A stretch of 61,068 nt of DNA from Paenibacillaceae bacterium. Lineage in GTDB: Bacteria > Bacillota > Bacilli > Paenibacillales > JAWLCZ01. Numbering within the stretch: the first letter of the stretch is position 1; each line of letters opens with the position of its first letter. Below, one piece after another: positions 1-10,101 of the stretch. Below the pieces are notes generated by a model. It did not search any database. It was not told the DNA's origin and was given only the letters and a program-made list of their open reading frames with translations. The stretch lies in the NCBI GenBank assembly GCA_041686835.1, contig JAWLCZ010000001.1:1-61068 (forward strand), given 5' to 3'. Made by a program: the position numbers and the translations under genes.

Positions 1-2
1 TG

Positions 3-1259
3 GAGGCATTATTTCATCAAGATTTGGGCACGAAAGAAAAACGAAGATGTTTATATATTCCATTAAATCCTGGAACATTTATTAAACCGCCGAGGAAGGG
101 TGAAGTATGGAGTTTTAACGAACTTAGAGAAAATATTTTTAATAACATAACCAACACAAATAGGGAGCAACTTCTTCAACTGCTGAGAAAGAAATATAAA
201 ATGAATCAACATATTGAACACTTAATTCTGTCTTTAGAGATTGAACCCAATAAGAAAGCGTTATTTGGGGTAATCATTCACTATCCTGATGGTATGGTGC
301 AAAACCGTAAAGCGGGAATTGTACTTCATCCATTAATTCTATCGCCTGCCAACATCAGTGTTATTCCATTTGAAATAAAACGTCATCATAAAGACTTCTT
401 GTTGTCAAGAACAGGAGGTAACTTGGAGTTTGCCTCTAAACACGCGGCAGTAATTGGGGTCGGTGCGATCGGAAGTATTGTAGCAGTGGGACTTGCAAAA
501 GCAGGATTTAAAACTCTAACGCTCATTGATCATGATTGGCTGGATATAGAAAATGTGTATCGTCATGAACTAGGAATTGATCAGGTATTTGCAGATAATG
601 ACCCCACAAAATTCCTACCTCAGAAAAAAGTGTATGCAATGAAAAAGGAAATCGAGCGTAAATATCCGTTCACGCAGGTTTATTCTTTTGGTAAAAGGAT
701 TAGCGAAGTGTTTAATAATAGTGAAGTAAATTGGTCGGATGTAGATGTGGTCGTTGTATGTATTGGGGCCCCCAATGTAGAGATGTTAATCAATCGTTTT
801 ATGCATAAACTTCCTGATCCACCTCCAGTAATTCATGCTTGGGTTGAACCTTTTGGGATAGGTGGGCATGTACTTGTTACTTTGAATAAGGAAAAACAAG
901 GATGTTATCAATGCCTTTTTAGACCTATCAGTGATGAGGACCCTATAACCAATTTATCGGCATTTGCAGCAACCGGTCAAACATTTACCAAATCACTTGG
1001 TGGCTGTGGTACTTACTTTACTCCCTACAGTTTTTTGGATAGTGAGGAGACAGCTCTTCTGGTTTTAAGAACAGTTTTTAATGTGATGCGTAATCAAATT
1101 CAAGGGAATCCAATATTCTCTTGGAAGGGTGACCCTACACAATTCTTACAGGCAGGTTATAAGTTAAGTGACAGATTTAGGATGTCCAACGAGGAATTGT
1201 ACTCAAATAAGATGAAGTACATTAATCCAGCATGTCCTGTTTGTTCAATCGAAGGGTAG
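3..1259 (+). CDS. cap2: CBASS Cap2-like E2/E1 fusion (ThiF/MoeB-type adenylation domain), 5'-truncated by the window edge
   Basis: The frame is open from nt 3, with no stop before the listed TTG at 24, so the N-terminus is off-window. E1 nucleotide-binding loop AVIGVGAIGSIVAVGLAKAG..LIDHDWLDIENVYRHELG and two CxxC pairs (CYQC, CPVC). JAB and HNH-SAVED genes follow directly. Confidence 0.75.
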   Translation, partial: EALFHQDLGTKEKRRCLYIPLNPGTFIKPPRKGEVWSFNELRENIFNNITNTNREQLLQLLRKKYKMNQHIEHLILSLEIEPNKKALFGVIIHYPDGMVQNRKAGIVLHPLILSPANISVIPFEIKRHHKDFLLSRTGGNLEFASKHAAVIGVGAIGSIVAVGLAKAGFKTLTLIDHDWLDIENVYRHELGIDQVFADNDPTKFLPQKKVYAMKKEIERKYPFTQVYSFGKRISEVFNNSEVNWSDVDVVVVCIGAPNVEMLINRFMHKLPDPPPVIHAWVEPFGIGGHVLVTLNKEKQGCYQCLFRPISDEDPITNLSAFAATGQTFTKSLGGCGTYFTPYSFLDSEETALLVLRTVFNVMRNQIQGNPIFSWKGDPTQFLQAGYKLSDRFRMSNEELYSNKMKYINPACPVCSIEG

Positions 1260-1267
1260 AAGAATCG

Positions 1268-1762
1268 ATGGTAAATTCACTTTTTATCTTACCAGATAAG
1301 CGCAAGCTTAAATTGGCTACAAGCGCAATTTCTAAAATGTTTTCATATGCTCAGGATGATATGACCTCTCTTGAATCGGGCGGAATTTTAGTAGGTAGAA
1401 TTTTAGAGGAAAATTCAAGTAGTATGATAGATGATGTTTCAACACCAATGTCAGATGATGTCCAAACTAGAACTCGTTTTTTTAGAAGGCCAAAGGGACA
1501 CCAGGAGTTCTTTAACTTAAAGTGGGAAGAAAGTACAGGTAGATGTTTTTATTTAGGAGAATGGCACACTCATCCAGAAATGGTGCCAGTCCCCTCATCA
1601 GTAGATCTGCGTAATTGGAAAAAAATACTGAAAAGACCGCCACAAGATCAGTCTAGCTTATTTTTTATAATTGTTGGTATTGAACAGTTAAATATATGGA
1701 TTGGTAATAATCAGAACGGTCTTATTACATTTGAATATGTGGGAGGTATCGCTCGGTTATGA
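1268..1762 (+). CDS. cap3: CBASS Cap3-like JAB/JAMM (MPN+) isopeptidase
   Basis: JAMM motif: upstream Glu (LESGGILVG), then EWHTHPEMVPVPSSVDLRNW (HxHx7Sx2D). I prefer the ATG at 1268 (MVNSLF..) to the listed 1232 start, which overlaps the cap2 end. Confidence 0.8.
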   Translation: MVNSLFILPDKRKLKLATSAISKMFSYAQDDMTSLESGGILVGRILEENSSSMIDDVSTPMSDDVQTRTRFFRRPKGHQEFFNLKWEESTGRCFYLGEWHTHPEMVPVPSSVDLRNWKKILKRPPQDQSSLFFIIVGIEQLNIWIGNNQNGLITFEYVGGIARL

Positions 1763-2877
1763 CAAATGAAGACGAAAGAGAGAGACGTCCCTTGAGAGCA
1801 GCCGAGAATTATTATTTATGGACAGTTTCTGGTGGACGATGTTCATTTAGGGGATGCAACAAATTACTAATCTTAAACGATGATGGAAACTTTACAAATA
1901 TCGCAGAAAAGGCTCACATTATTGGACATAAGGGACCGCGATATAATTTTGCTCAGGAGTATGGCTTTACAGACGATGATTTGGAAAATGTACGCAATTT
2001 AATGATGATGTGCAAGGACCATCACAAACTTATTGATGACCATCCAGATAAATACCCTCCGGATCTTCTGTTTGAAATGAAGCGAGAGCACGAAGAAAAA
2101 GTATTGTCATGGGGTGAAATTAAGAGGAAATCAATAGCAATTATTCATAAACGAATGGCTCCGCCGATACGATCAATTGAGTTTTTGGAAACGCCAAACA
2201 AACTACTAATTGAAGCTATAGATATGCAAGAGGAATTTACTGATTTTTCACCAGAAGGTTGGCAAGAAGCTAAAAAACAGAATATTGCTTTACATGAACA
2301 GTTTATCAATTGTATGAAACAATATTCTGATATTGACGCTGAAATTTTCCCTCTATCTCAAATCCCTTTGCTCATTCATATTGGAACTCTCATTTCTGAT
2401 ACTGTTCCTGCCACTGTCTATCAGTATGACAGGGAGAATCAAGTATGGGTTACAAATGCGCCATCGGATAAGGAAAATTTATTTGTATCTCCCCAAATAC
2501 AAACACAGTTTAGATCAGAAACTGAAACGTCGAAATTGGTAGTGTCATTATCGGTAAGTGCATTAATTAATATTAAAGATATCGAAGATGTTGTCACTCA
2601 ACCATTTGACTTACTCGAGATAAAAATTGACGGCCCGAGGATTAATCGAATATTATACCGTGAAGATGTTCTTGCGATCCAGAAGTCATTCAAATATTCA
2701 ACAGAATCACATATACAAAGCGGTCGTTATAATGAGATTCATTTGTTTTACAGTGGTCCTGCAGGATTAGCAGTTGAAATTGGGAGAAGTATTAACCCGA
2801 GAATGTGGCCAGAGGTTTTTTTGTACCATTTTAATATTCGCAATACTCCACGATATCAATTGGCGTTTAGTGTATAG
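1759..2877 (+). CDS. cap5: CBASS effector Cap5-like: N-terminal HNH endonuclease fused to a C-terminal SAVED sensor domain
   Basis: The HNH region has CSFRGC..AHIIGHKGPRYNF..NLMMMCKDHHKLID. The C-terminal ~240 aa are SAVED-like (..EIHLFYSGPAGLAVEIGRSINPRMWPEV..). The start overlaps the cap3 stop (ATGA). The 372 aa size is typical of Cap5. Confidence 0.75.
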   Translation: MTNEDERERRPLRAAENYYLWTVSGGRCSFRGCNKLLILNDDGNFTNIAEKAHIIGHKGPRYNFAQEYGFTDDDLENVRNLMMMCKDHHKLIDDHPDKYPPDLLFEMKREHEEKVLSWGEIKRKSIAIIHKRMAPPIRSIEFLETPNKLLIEAIDMQEEFTDFSPEGWQEAKKQNIALHEQFINCMKQYSDIDAEIFPLSQIPLLIHIGTLISDTVPATVYQYDRENQVWVTNAPSDKENLFVSPQIQTQFRSETETSKLVVSLSVSALINIKDIEDVVTQPFDLLEIKIDGPRINRILYREDVLAIQKSFKYSTESHIQSGRYNEIHLFYSGPAGLAVEIGRSINPRMWPEVFLYHFNIRNTPRYQLAFSV

Positions 2878-3300
2878 AGGAGGCTTAAAGTGCTGGGATG
2901 AATTTGCCAATAGACGCGGATGTGGTTTCAGTTTTCTTGGCTACGATTGAAGATAAGTTAGTAAGTCCGAAGGAAATTATACTGACAATGGCATTTGCAG
3001 ACGAAACCGCGTGTTATAAGATTGCGTAAATTAAAAACTCGATTTTATCGACAGTTCAGCCGATCCATTGTCCCGTGCGAGTAAATGTCAATTAGAAACC
3101 AACTTTAGTGTAAATAAAAGGTACAAACTTTTATGTAATCCTGTGAATGGTGAACTTCTATCGGACACTAACTATAATGTAACTTAATATTGAGACGAAC
3201 ATCTCTAAAAAGCTTTATGTTACTGGTTTTTCAGAAACCAACATTAATGTCACTGGACAGGTGATTTTCAGAAGTCATCGGGACTTTCTTTTTAATTGGG

Positions 3301-3600
3301 GTGATACATACCGAGACAATAGGCAGTCGAATTAGAGCGATTCGAAAGCTCAATAAGATTAACCAAGTTGATTTCTCTAATCGAATTGGAATATTGCAGG
3401 CTACGCTTAGCGAGTTGGAACAAGACAAGTATAAGCCCTCAGTCGATACCATACTCGCAATTGTCAAAGGATTCGGTGCGGATGTTGAATGGATTCTTCT
3501 TGGATCGAAGAGCTCTGCAAGTAAGTTTTGTGGATTAGCGGGAATTAATGAAAAAGAAGCTGACTTACTGTTAAAGACTGCTGACTTATTGAGTTCATAA
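3301..3600 (+). CDS. XRE-family helix-turn-helix transcriptional regulator
   Basis: HTH_3-like sequence IGSRIRAIRKLNKINQVDFSNRIGILQATLSELEQDKYKPSVDTILAIVKGFG. Small (99 aa), and sits between CBASS and the type I R-M system. The GTG start is uncertain. Confidence 0.75.
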   Translation: MIHTETIGSRIRAIRKLNKINQVDFSNRIGILQATLSELEQDKYKPSVDTILAIVKGFGADVEWILLGSKSSASKFCGLAGINEKEADLLLKTADLLSS

Positions 3601-3861
3601 AATTGAAAATAAGTCGATATTAGCGCTTTTTAATATTGTTCTCTTCTTCCTCACCGTTCCGCAGTGGGGACTTTTCTGTGCGAACATATATTCACTGACA
3701 GACTAATGACTATGCTGATTTGTAAAATGGTGTGTAGATTGGTGTCGAAAAAGGAGATTTCATTTGGTTTGTAGAATAAGTCTAATGCACTAATAAGGAA
3801 AATGGCGCATGTTGGATGCACTAAACAACTTGGAGTTTACAGAAGGGCAGGGACTACATAG

Positions 3862-5331
3862 ATGCTGACAGGAGAAATTCGCAATAAGGTTGATAAAATT
3901 TGGACGGATATGTGGGCTGGCGGGATTACTAACCCACTGACGGTTATAGAGCAGCTTACCTATTTAATGTTTATTCGTTCATTGGACGAGAAGGAACTGG
4001 AGAACGAGAGCTTCGAAGCGCTAAGCGGTGAAACGATGCCGAAGATCTTTCCGCAAGACGAAGAAGGTCAGTCGATGCGATGGAGCAAGTTTAAGTTGAA
4101 AGATCCTCGCATCATTTACGATATTGTCGGGACGAAGGTATTTCCTTTCATTAAATCTTTGAATGGAGAGAACACGACCGCCTTCTCTCGCTATATGCAG
4201 GATGCGATGTTTCTGATCCCAACTCCGCAGGTGTTACAGAAGATAATTACAGGCTTGGATGAGCTGTACGAGCATGATATTAAGGATTTGGACATGCAGG
4301 GGGACCTCTATGAGTACATGTTAAGTAAGCTGTCGACAGCGGGACAAAACGGCCAATTCCGAACGCCAAAGCATATCCGTGACATGATGGTGCGTCTACT
4401 TGCTCCAACACCGAAAGATAAAATTTGCGACCCGGCTTGCGGAACAGCGGGATTCCTTGTATCCGCTGCCGAGTATATCCGGGAAACCTATGAAGCGGAT
4501 ATGACCAGCGAACAGTGGGAGCATTTTTCCGGGGACATGTTTACAGGGTTTGATACCGACAGGACGATGCTGCGCCTTTCGGCGATGAACCTTATGCTTC
4601 ATTCTATTACGCGGCCGCGGATTGACTATGTGGACAGTGTATCCAAGCAGAATAATATTTCCTCCGAGTATGATATTATTTTGGCCAATCCTCCGTTTAC
4701 CGGCACGATAGATGCCGAGAGTATTCACGATAATTTGAAGACCGTTTGCAATACCAAGAAGACTGAGCTTCTGTTTGTGGCGCTTTTCTTGAGAATGCTC
4801 CGTAAAGGTGGACGTTGTGCTTGTATCGTGCCGGATGGGGTTTTGTTTGGCACTACCAAAGCACACAAGGCTTTGCGCAAAGAATTGGTCGAAAACCATC
4901 AACTCCAAGCGGTTATTTCAATGCCCAGCGGAGTGTTCAAGCCGTATGCAGGCGTTAGCACGGCTGTTCTGGTGTTTACCAAAACAGGTGCAGGCGGCAC
5001 GGACAAGGTTTGGTTTTACGATATGAAGGCCGACGGCTTTTCTTTGGACGATAAACGTTCTCCGATTGAAGCGAATGATATTCCGGACATCCTAGCTCGT
5101 TTCCACAATCTTGAGGGTGAAGCAGACCGTAAGACTACGGATCAGAGCTTTTTTGTGGAGAAGTCTGCGATCGAAGCGAATGACTACGACTTATCGATAA
5201 ACCGTTATAAAGAGGTTGTCCACGAAAAAGTGGAGTATGATCCGCCGGCGGTGATTTTGGAACGTCTTGATCAACTGAACCTTGACATTACTTCTAAGAT
5301 GGAGGAGTTAAGGGGGCTTATTGGTGAGTAA
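3862..5331 (+). CDS. hsdM: Type I restriction-modification system, N6-adenine DNA methyltransferase subunit HsdM
   Basis: AdoMet motif I DPACGTAGFL and catalytic motif IV ILANPPFTG. 489 aa. hsdS and hsdR follow with overlapping junctions. Confidence 0.9.
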   Translation: MLTGEIRNKVDKIWTDMWAGGITNPLTVIEQLTYLMFIRSLDEKELENESFEALSGETMPKIFPQDEEGQSMRWSKFKLKDPRIIYDIVGTKVFPFIKSLNGENTTAFSRYMQDAMFLIPTPQVLQKIITGLDELYEHDIKDLDMQGDLYEYMLSKLSTAGQNGQFRTPKHIRDMMVRLLAPTPKDKICDPACGTAGFLVSAAEYIRETYEADMTSEQWEHFSGDMFTGFDTDRTMLRLSAMNLMLHSITRPRIDYVDSVSKQNNISSEYDIILANPPFTGTIDAESIHDNLKTVCNTKKTELLFVALFLRMLRKGGRCACIVPDGVLFGTTKAHKALRKELVENHQLQAVISMPSGVFKPYAGVSTAVLVFTKTGAGGTDKVWFYDMKADGFSLDDKRSPIEANDIPDILARFHNLEGEADRKTTDQSFFVEKSAIEANDYDLSINRYKEVVHEKVEYDPPAVILERLDQLNLDITSKMEELRGLIGE

Positions 5332-6514
5332 GTGGGAAAAGGTGAAGTTAGGAGAAGTTGCTACGATACAAGGTGGTTATGCTTTTAAAAGTGATCAATT
5401 TATTAAAAATGAAGTGCCTATTATTCGTATTGGGAATTTGGATGGAGAGAATGTAGTTTTAGATTACAACATCTGTTACCCATACGACTTTTGGGAACGA
5501 TATGATGCCTATCGTATTAAAAAAGGAGATATATTAATAGCTATGTCGGGCGCGACCGTTGGAAAAGTCGGTCGGTACGCTCACTCAGAACCTGCTTTGT
5601 TAAATCAACGTGTTGGAATGTTACGGGTAAATGTTAAAATCATTTTTCCTGACTATGTTTATTGGTACGTAAAATCCGGATTGTTTTATAAGCAAATACA
5701 ACAACTATCAATAGGATGTGCTCAACCAAATATTAGTGCAAGGCAAATAGAAGATATATATGTTCCTTTGCCCCCGTATGAAGTACAAAAGCATGTCGCC
5801 CAAACCCTAGGTACCGCCGCAGAACTGCTTGCAATGCGCAGGCAGCAGCTTGCTGAGTTGGATAACCTTATCAAGTCCGTCTTTTGCGATATGTTTGGCG
5901 ATCCTGTATCCAATGAGATGGGTTGGAATAAATATTTCCTTTCAGATGTTTTTGATATCATAGACGGAGACAGGGGGGGAAACTATCCCAAACAGGAGGA
6001 TTTCTCCGAAGAAGGATATTGCTTGTTTTTAAATACCGGAAATGTAACAAAGGAAGGGTTTTCTTTTGAGAGCGTTAAATTCATTTCCAAAGAGAAAGAT
6101 CATCAACTACGAAAAGGAAGATTAGAACGCGGCGATATTGTTTTGACCACAAGAGGGACAGTTGGGAATATTGCTTATTATAATGATGCCGTTCCATACG
6201 ACGTTGTTAGGATAAATTCCGGAATGGTTATCCTTCGCAAGAAAGATCGTTCCATATCTCAAGAATTCTTTTGTGAGTTATTTAAAAGCAAAGAGATGGT
6301 AAGAGAAATCACATCTTTCATGTCCGGGACGGCCCAACCACAACTTCCAATAAGTAATATGAAAAAGATAATGATTATATTGCCTCCAATTGAGTTGCAA
6401 TGTCAATTTGTCCAAACCCTCACCAAAATCGAAGAACAAAAAGCCCTGGTAAAAAAGGCTATCGACGAAACACAACACCTGCTCGATAGCCTAATGAATC
6501 AATATTTTGATTGA
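5321..6514 (+). CDS. hsdS: Type I R-M specificity subunit HsdS
   Basis: Two very AT-rich variable target-recognition halves, separated by a conserved central helix (AQTLGTAAELLAMRRQQLAELDNLIKSVF) and a C-terminal helix (IEEQKALVKKAIDETQHLLDSLMNQYF). The start is TTG 5321 or GTG 5324 and overlaps the hsdM stop. Confidence 0.85.
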   Translation: MVSKWEKVKLGEVATIQGGYAFKSDQFIKNEVPIIRIGNLDGENVVLDYNICYPYDFWERYDAYRIKKGDILIAMSGATVGKVGRYAHSEPALLNQRVGMLRVNVKIIFPDYVYWYVKSGLFYKQIQQLSIGCAQPNISARQIEDIYVPLPPYEVQKHVAQTLGTAAELLAMRRQQLAELDNLIKSVFCDMFGDPVSNEMGWNKYFLSDVFDIIDGDRGGNYPKQEDFSEEGYCLFLNTGNVTKEGFSFESVKFISKEKDHQLRKGRLERGDIVLTTRGTVGNIAYYNDAVPYDVVRINSGMVILRKKDRSISQEFFCELFKSKEMVREITSFMSGTAQPQLPISNMKKIMIILPPIELQCQFVQTLTKIEEQKALVKKAIDETQHLLDSLMNQYFD

Positions 6515-6534
6515 TTTCAACCGAGGTGAATGAA

Positions 6535-9500
6535 ATGGCTGCAAACTTTGATTTCTTACAGGGACAAACCGAATATGCGCTGTTCGCTGCAGCCTGCATC
6601 GAGGCGGAGCGTGTGCTCGCCACCTCGCCCGCCATGGCGGCGGTGGGCTGCCGGAAGGCGCTGGAGCTTGCGGTGAAATGGGTCTATTCCGCCGACAACA
6701 CCATCACCATGCCCTATAAGGACAATTTGCAGTCGCTCATTCACGAGCCGTCGTTCCGTTTTGCCATGGAACATCAGACGTGGAGCAAGCTGCCCTATAT
6801 CGTCAAGTTGGGCAATCTCGCGGTGCATACGGACAAGGCGATCAACCGCAGCGAGGCAGTGCTGTCGCTCTCCGCGTTGTTCGAGTTTATCCAGTGGCTG
6901 GATTACTGTTACGGCTCCAACTACGAGGAACGCCAATTCGATGAAGCCCTAATCCCGACGGGGAAAGTGCTTCTGGACGAATCGGCCGTCAAGGAGCAAC
7001 ACAGTTTGCTTCAGCAAAAGGATGCCGAAATCGAGGCGTTGCGCGCCCAAATCGAGGCAATGAGCGAACGGCTTACTGCCGATAAGGCAAAGCACCAAGA
7101 AGAGCGTAGCTTTACTCCGGTAAACATCTCGGAATATCTTACCCGTAAGAAGTATATTGACGTGGACCTGAAGCTCCTCGGCTGGACGTTCGGCGACGAC
7201 GTCCGCGAAGAGGTTCCGCTGACCGGTATGCCCACCCCGGAGGGGAAAGGCTACGCCGATTACGTGCTGTACGGCAAGGACGGTCTGCCTCTTGCTGTCA
7301 TCGAAGCAAAACGCTCCTCCAAGGATCCGAAAATCGGCACCCAACAAGCGAAGCTGTATGCCGATTGCTTGGAACGAATGACGGGCCAGCGCCCGATGAT
7401 GTTTATCACGAACGGCTTTGAAACGTATCTGTGGGACGACGTGACGTCGCCGCAGCGCAAGGTTAGCGGCATCTTCGGCAAGGCCGACCTGGAGAAACTG
7501 ATGCAGCGCCGCAAAGATCGCAAGCCGCTCGCGGAAATACCAATCGATGACAAAATAACTGACCGGTATTACCAGAAGGAAGCGATTCGGGCGGTGTGCG
7601 AGCATATCGAGTCGGGACACCGGAGAGCGCTGCTGGTTATGGCGACCGGAACAGGCAAAACGAGAACGGCGTCGAGCTTGACCGATGTGCTGTCCCGTGG
7701 CGGGCATGTGACCAACGTGTTGTTTCTGGCGGACCGGACCGCGCTGGTAAAGCAGGCGAAGGACGATTTCAAGAATTACCTTCCGGATATGTCGCTCTGC
7801 AACCTGTTGAGCAACAAGGACGATAAAACGGCGCGCATTGTCTTTTCCACCTATCCGACGATGTTGAATGCGATCGACTCGGTGAAAAGCGAGGACGGAC
7901 GAAGGCTGTTTACTCCGGCCCATTTCGACCTCATCATTATTGACGAGGCGCATCGTAGCATTTTCAAGAAATACCGGGCCATCTTCGAATATTTCGACGC
8001 AATTTTGGTTGGGCTGACCGCAACACCCAAGACCGAAGTGGATCGCAACACGTACGAATTTTTCGAGATGGAAAAAGGCGTGCCCACCTACGCATACGAT
8101 TACGAAACAGCCGTGGAGAAGGACCATGTGCTGGTGCCTTATTACAATATTGAAGTCACCACGAAGTTTTTGGAGCAGGGTATTACATACGATGACCTGT
8201 CAGAAGAAGACAAGGAGCGTTACGAGGAAGACTTTACGGACGAAGACGGAACGATGCCGGATTCGATTCCGGCACCAGCGGTCAACGAATTTATTTTCAA
8301 CCAGTCTACCGTCGATATGGTGCTGGAAGATCTGATGACAAAAGGCATCAAGGTGGCGGGCGGGGATCGCATCGGAAAGACAATCATTTTTGCGCAAAAT
8401 AAAAGGCATGCGGAATACATCGTGGAACGGTTCAACAAACTGTACCCGCAATATAAAGGCACGTTTGCGAAACGCGTTACATATGAGGATAACTATGCGC
8501 TTACGATCATCGACGACTTTAAAGTGCCCGAGAGAGAACCGCATATCGCCGTTTCGGTAGATATGATGGATACCGGCATCGATGTGCCGCAAATTGTGAA
8601 TCTTGTGTTCTTCAAGCGTGTCCGCTCCAAAGCGAAGTTCTGGCAGATGATCGGCCGCGGTACAAGGCTCTGCAAGAATTTGTTCGGCGAAGGGCAGCAT
8701 AAGACGCATTTTGTGATCTTTGACTATTTGGGCAATTTCGAGTTTTTCCGGCAAAATAAAGAAGGTTTGCAAGGGAACGAAACGTTGAGTTTATCCGAAG
8801 CGATCTTCGCAAAACGGATCCGGCTGATTCATCATATGCAGCATGCCCAATTTGCGGACGAGCCTTGCCAAAAGCTGCGTACGGAGCTAATCGAAACCGT
8901 CGTGCGCCAGATTCGCCAGTTGAATCCGGAACTCGTGTCGGTCAAGATGAAGCTGCAGTATATTGAGAAATACAAGCATGCGGATGCCTTCGTGAGCCTG
9001 TCTGATACGGATAAACATCACCTCATCGAACACTTGAGCCCGATCGTGTATATGGAAGAGACGGACGAGTTCGCCAAACGGTTCGATAATCTGATGTACG
9101 GCCTCATGCTTGGTTCGATTGAAGGGACGCCGCAGTTCAAGATAAGCAGGAAACAACTTAACGATATCTGCACGAACTTAGCGAAGCGGGCGACGATTCC
9201 GCAAATTAAACAGAAACTGGAATTGATCCATGCGGTTCAGACGGAGCTATTTTGGCAGGATGCCGGTCTATTGGATTATGAGAAAATAAGGGTCGAGCTA
9301 AGGCATCTCATCAAATTTACTGTCGATGAAGACGGTGGGAAAAATCCGGTGTACACCAACCTGACCGACGAGGTACTCGAAATCAAGGAAGGTGAAGCGA
9401 TCTATCGGGCGTACGATTTCGAGGATTACAGGCTGAAGGTGAACCGCTATATTGAGGAACACCGCGATCATCTGGCGATTCACAAGCTGCGCAACAACAT

Positions 9501-9885
9501 CCCATTGACTGCGTCCGATTACGAAAGCCTGGAGCGGATTTTCACTGGAGAGTTGGGTACGGTGGAGGATTACCAGCGGGAGTTCAAGGACACGCCTTTT
9601 GGCTTGCTGGTTCGTAAAATCGCCAAGCTGGAATATGAGGCGGCGCTTGCAGCTTTTTCAGAATTTATCAACGACCAGTCGCTAACCCAGGCGCAGATCG
9701 TCTTTGTCAAAAAAGTGATCGATTACATCGCACAGAACGGCTATATCGAGAGCGTATCCGAACTGACGAAGCCGCCTTTCGACAAACCGCAGAGCTTTAT
9801 CAAGCTGTTCGACGGCTCCAAGCAAAAACGGCTCGTTGAAGTGATCAATCAGATCAAGGAAAATGCGGTGAAAGTTGTTGGATGA
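6535..9885 (+). CDS. hsdR: Type I R-M restriction/helicase subunit HsdR (DEAD/DEAH box; DUF4145-like N-terminus; EcoEI-R-C-like C-terminus, tentative)
   Basis: Walker A LLVMATGTGKTRT, DEAH box LIIIDEAHRS and helicase motif VI QMIGRGTRL. I prefer the ATG at 6535, which follows RBS GAGGTGA, to the listed TTG at 6511. Confidence 0.9.
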   Translation: MAANFDFLQGQTEYALFAAACIEAERVLATSPAMAAVGCRKALELAVKWVYSADNTITMPYKDNLQSLIHEPSFRFAMEHQTWSKLPYIVKLGNLAVHTDKAINRSEAVLSLSALFEFIQWLDYCYGSNYEERQFDEALIPTGKVLLDESAVKEQHSLLQQKDAEIEALRAQIEAMSERLTADKAKHQEERSFTPVNISEYLTRKKYIDVDLKLLGWTFGDDVREEVPLTGMPTPEGKGYADYVLYGKDGLPLAVIEAKRSSKDPKIGTQQAKLYADCLERMTGQRPMMFITNGFETYLWDDVTSPQRKVSGIFGKADLEKLMQRRKDRKPLAEIPIDDKITDRYYQKEAIRAVCEHIESGHRRALLVMATGTGKTRTASSLTDVLSRGGHVTNVLFLADRTALVKQAKDDFKNYLPDMSLCNLLSNKDDKTARIVFSTYPTMLNAIDSVKSEDGRRLFTPAHFDLIIIDEAHRSIFKKYRAIFEYFDAILVGLTATPKTEVDRNTYEFFEMEKGVPTYAYDYETAVEKDHVLVPYYNIEVTTKFLEQGITYDDLSEEDKERYEEDFTDEDGTMPDSIPAPAVNEFIFNQSTVDMVLEDLMTKGIKVAGGDRIGKTIIFAQNKRHAEYIVERFNKLYPQYKGTFAKRVTYEDNYALTIIDDFKVPEREPHIAVSVDMMDTGIDVPQIVNLVFFKRVRSKAKFWQMIGRGTRLCKNLFGEGQHKTHFVIFDYLGNFEFFRQNKEGLQGNETLSLSEAIFAKRIRLIHHMQHAQFADEPCQKLRTELIETVVRQIRQLNPELVSVKMKLQYIEKYKHADAFVSLSDTDKHHLIEHLSPIVYMEETDEFAKRFDNLMYGLMLGSIEGTPQFKISRKQLNDICTNLAKRATIPQIKQKLELIHAVQTELFWQDAGLLDYEKIRVELRHLIKFTVDEDGGKNPVYTNLTDEVLEIKEGEAIYRAYDFEDYRLKVNRYIEEHRDHLAIHKLRNNIPLTASDYESLERIFTGELGTVEDYQREFKDTPFGLLVRKIAKLEYEAALAAFSEFINDQSLTQAQIVFVKKVIDYIAQNGYIESVSELTKPPFDKPQSFIKLFDGSKQKRLVEVINQIKENAVKVVG

Positions 9886-9986
9886 TAATACACCGCGTCA
9901 GTCTAATACTTTATTTTCACGATTTTTGCGATAATCATTTTGGGACGATTCTTCAGTCTAAAACTTATTTTTCAAAAGCTGACGAA

Positions 9987-10010
9987 GCCGCCGGCATAGA
10001 AGCCGGCGGC
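9987..10010 (-). terminator. GC-rich perfect hairpin downstream of the convergent hsdR and BNR-protein genes
   Basis: GCCGCCGGC-ATAGAA-GCCGGCGGC, a 9-bp perfect stem. On the minus strand it is followed by TTCGTCAGCTTTTG, so the U-tract is weak and displaced. Confidence 0.5.
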
Positions 10011-10101
10011 CGTGCTAATGTATTCAATCATCACATGTACCGTCGTATCAAAAAGACACCGCATCGAATCCCGAATCATTTCCATATGCGTGAATCCTGA
10101 A

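Noticed and set aside
2898-3029. 43-codon ORF directly after cap5
   Set aside because: It is below usual size limits, has a 15-nt RBS spacing and no recognisable motif. It is mentioned in a finding but not annotated as a gene.
6949-8127. 392-aa minus-strand ORF inside hsdR
   Set aside because: It is antisense to a gene with a complete helicase motif set and has no motifs of its own.
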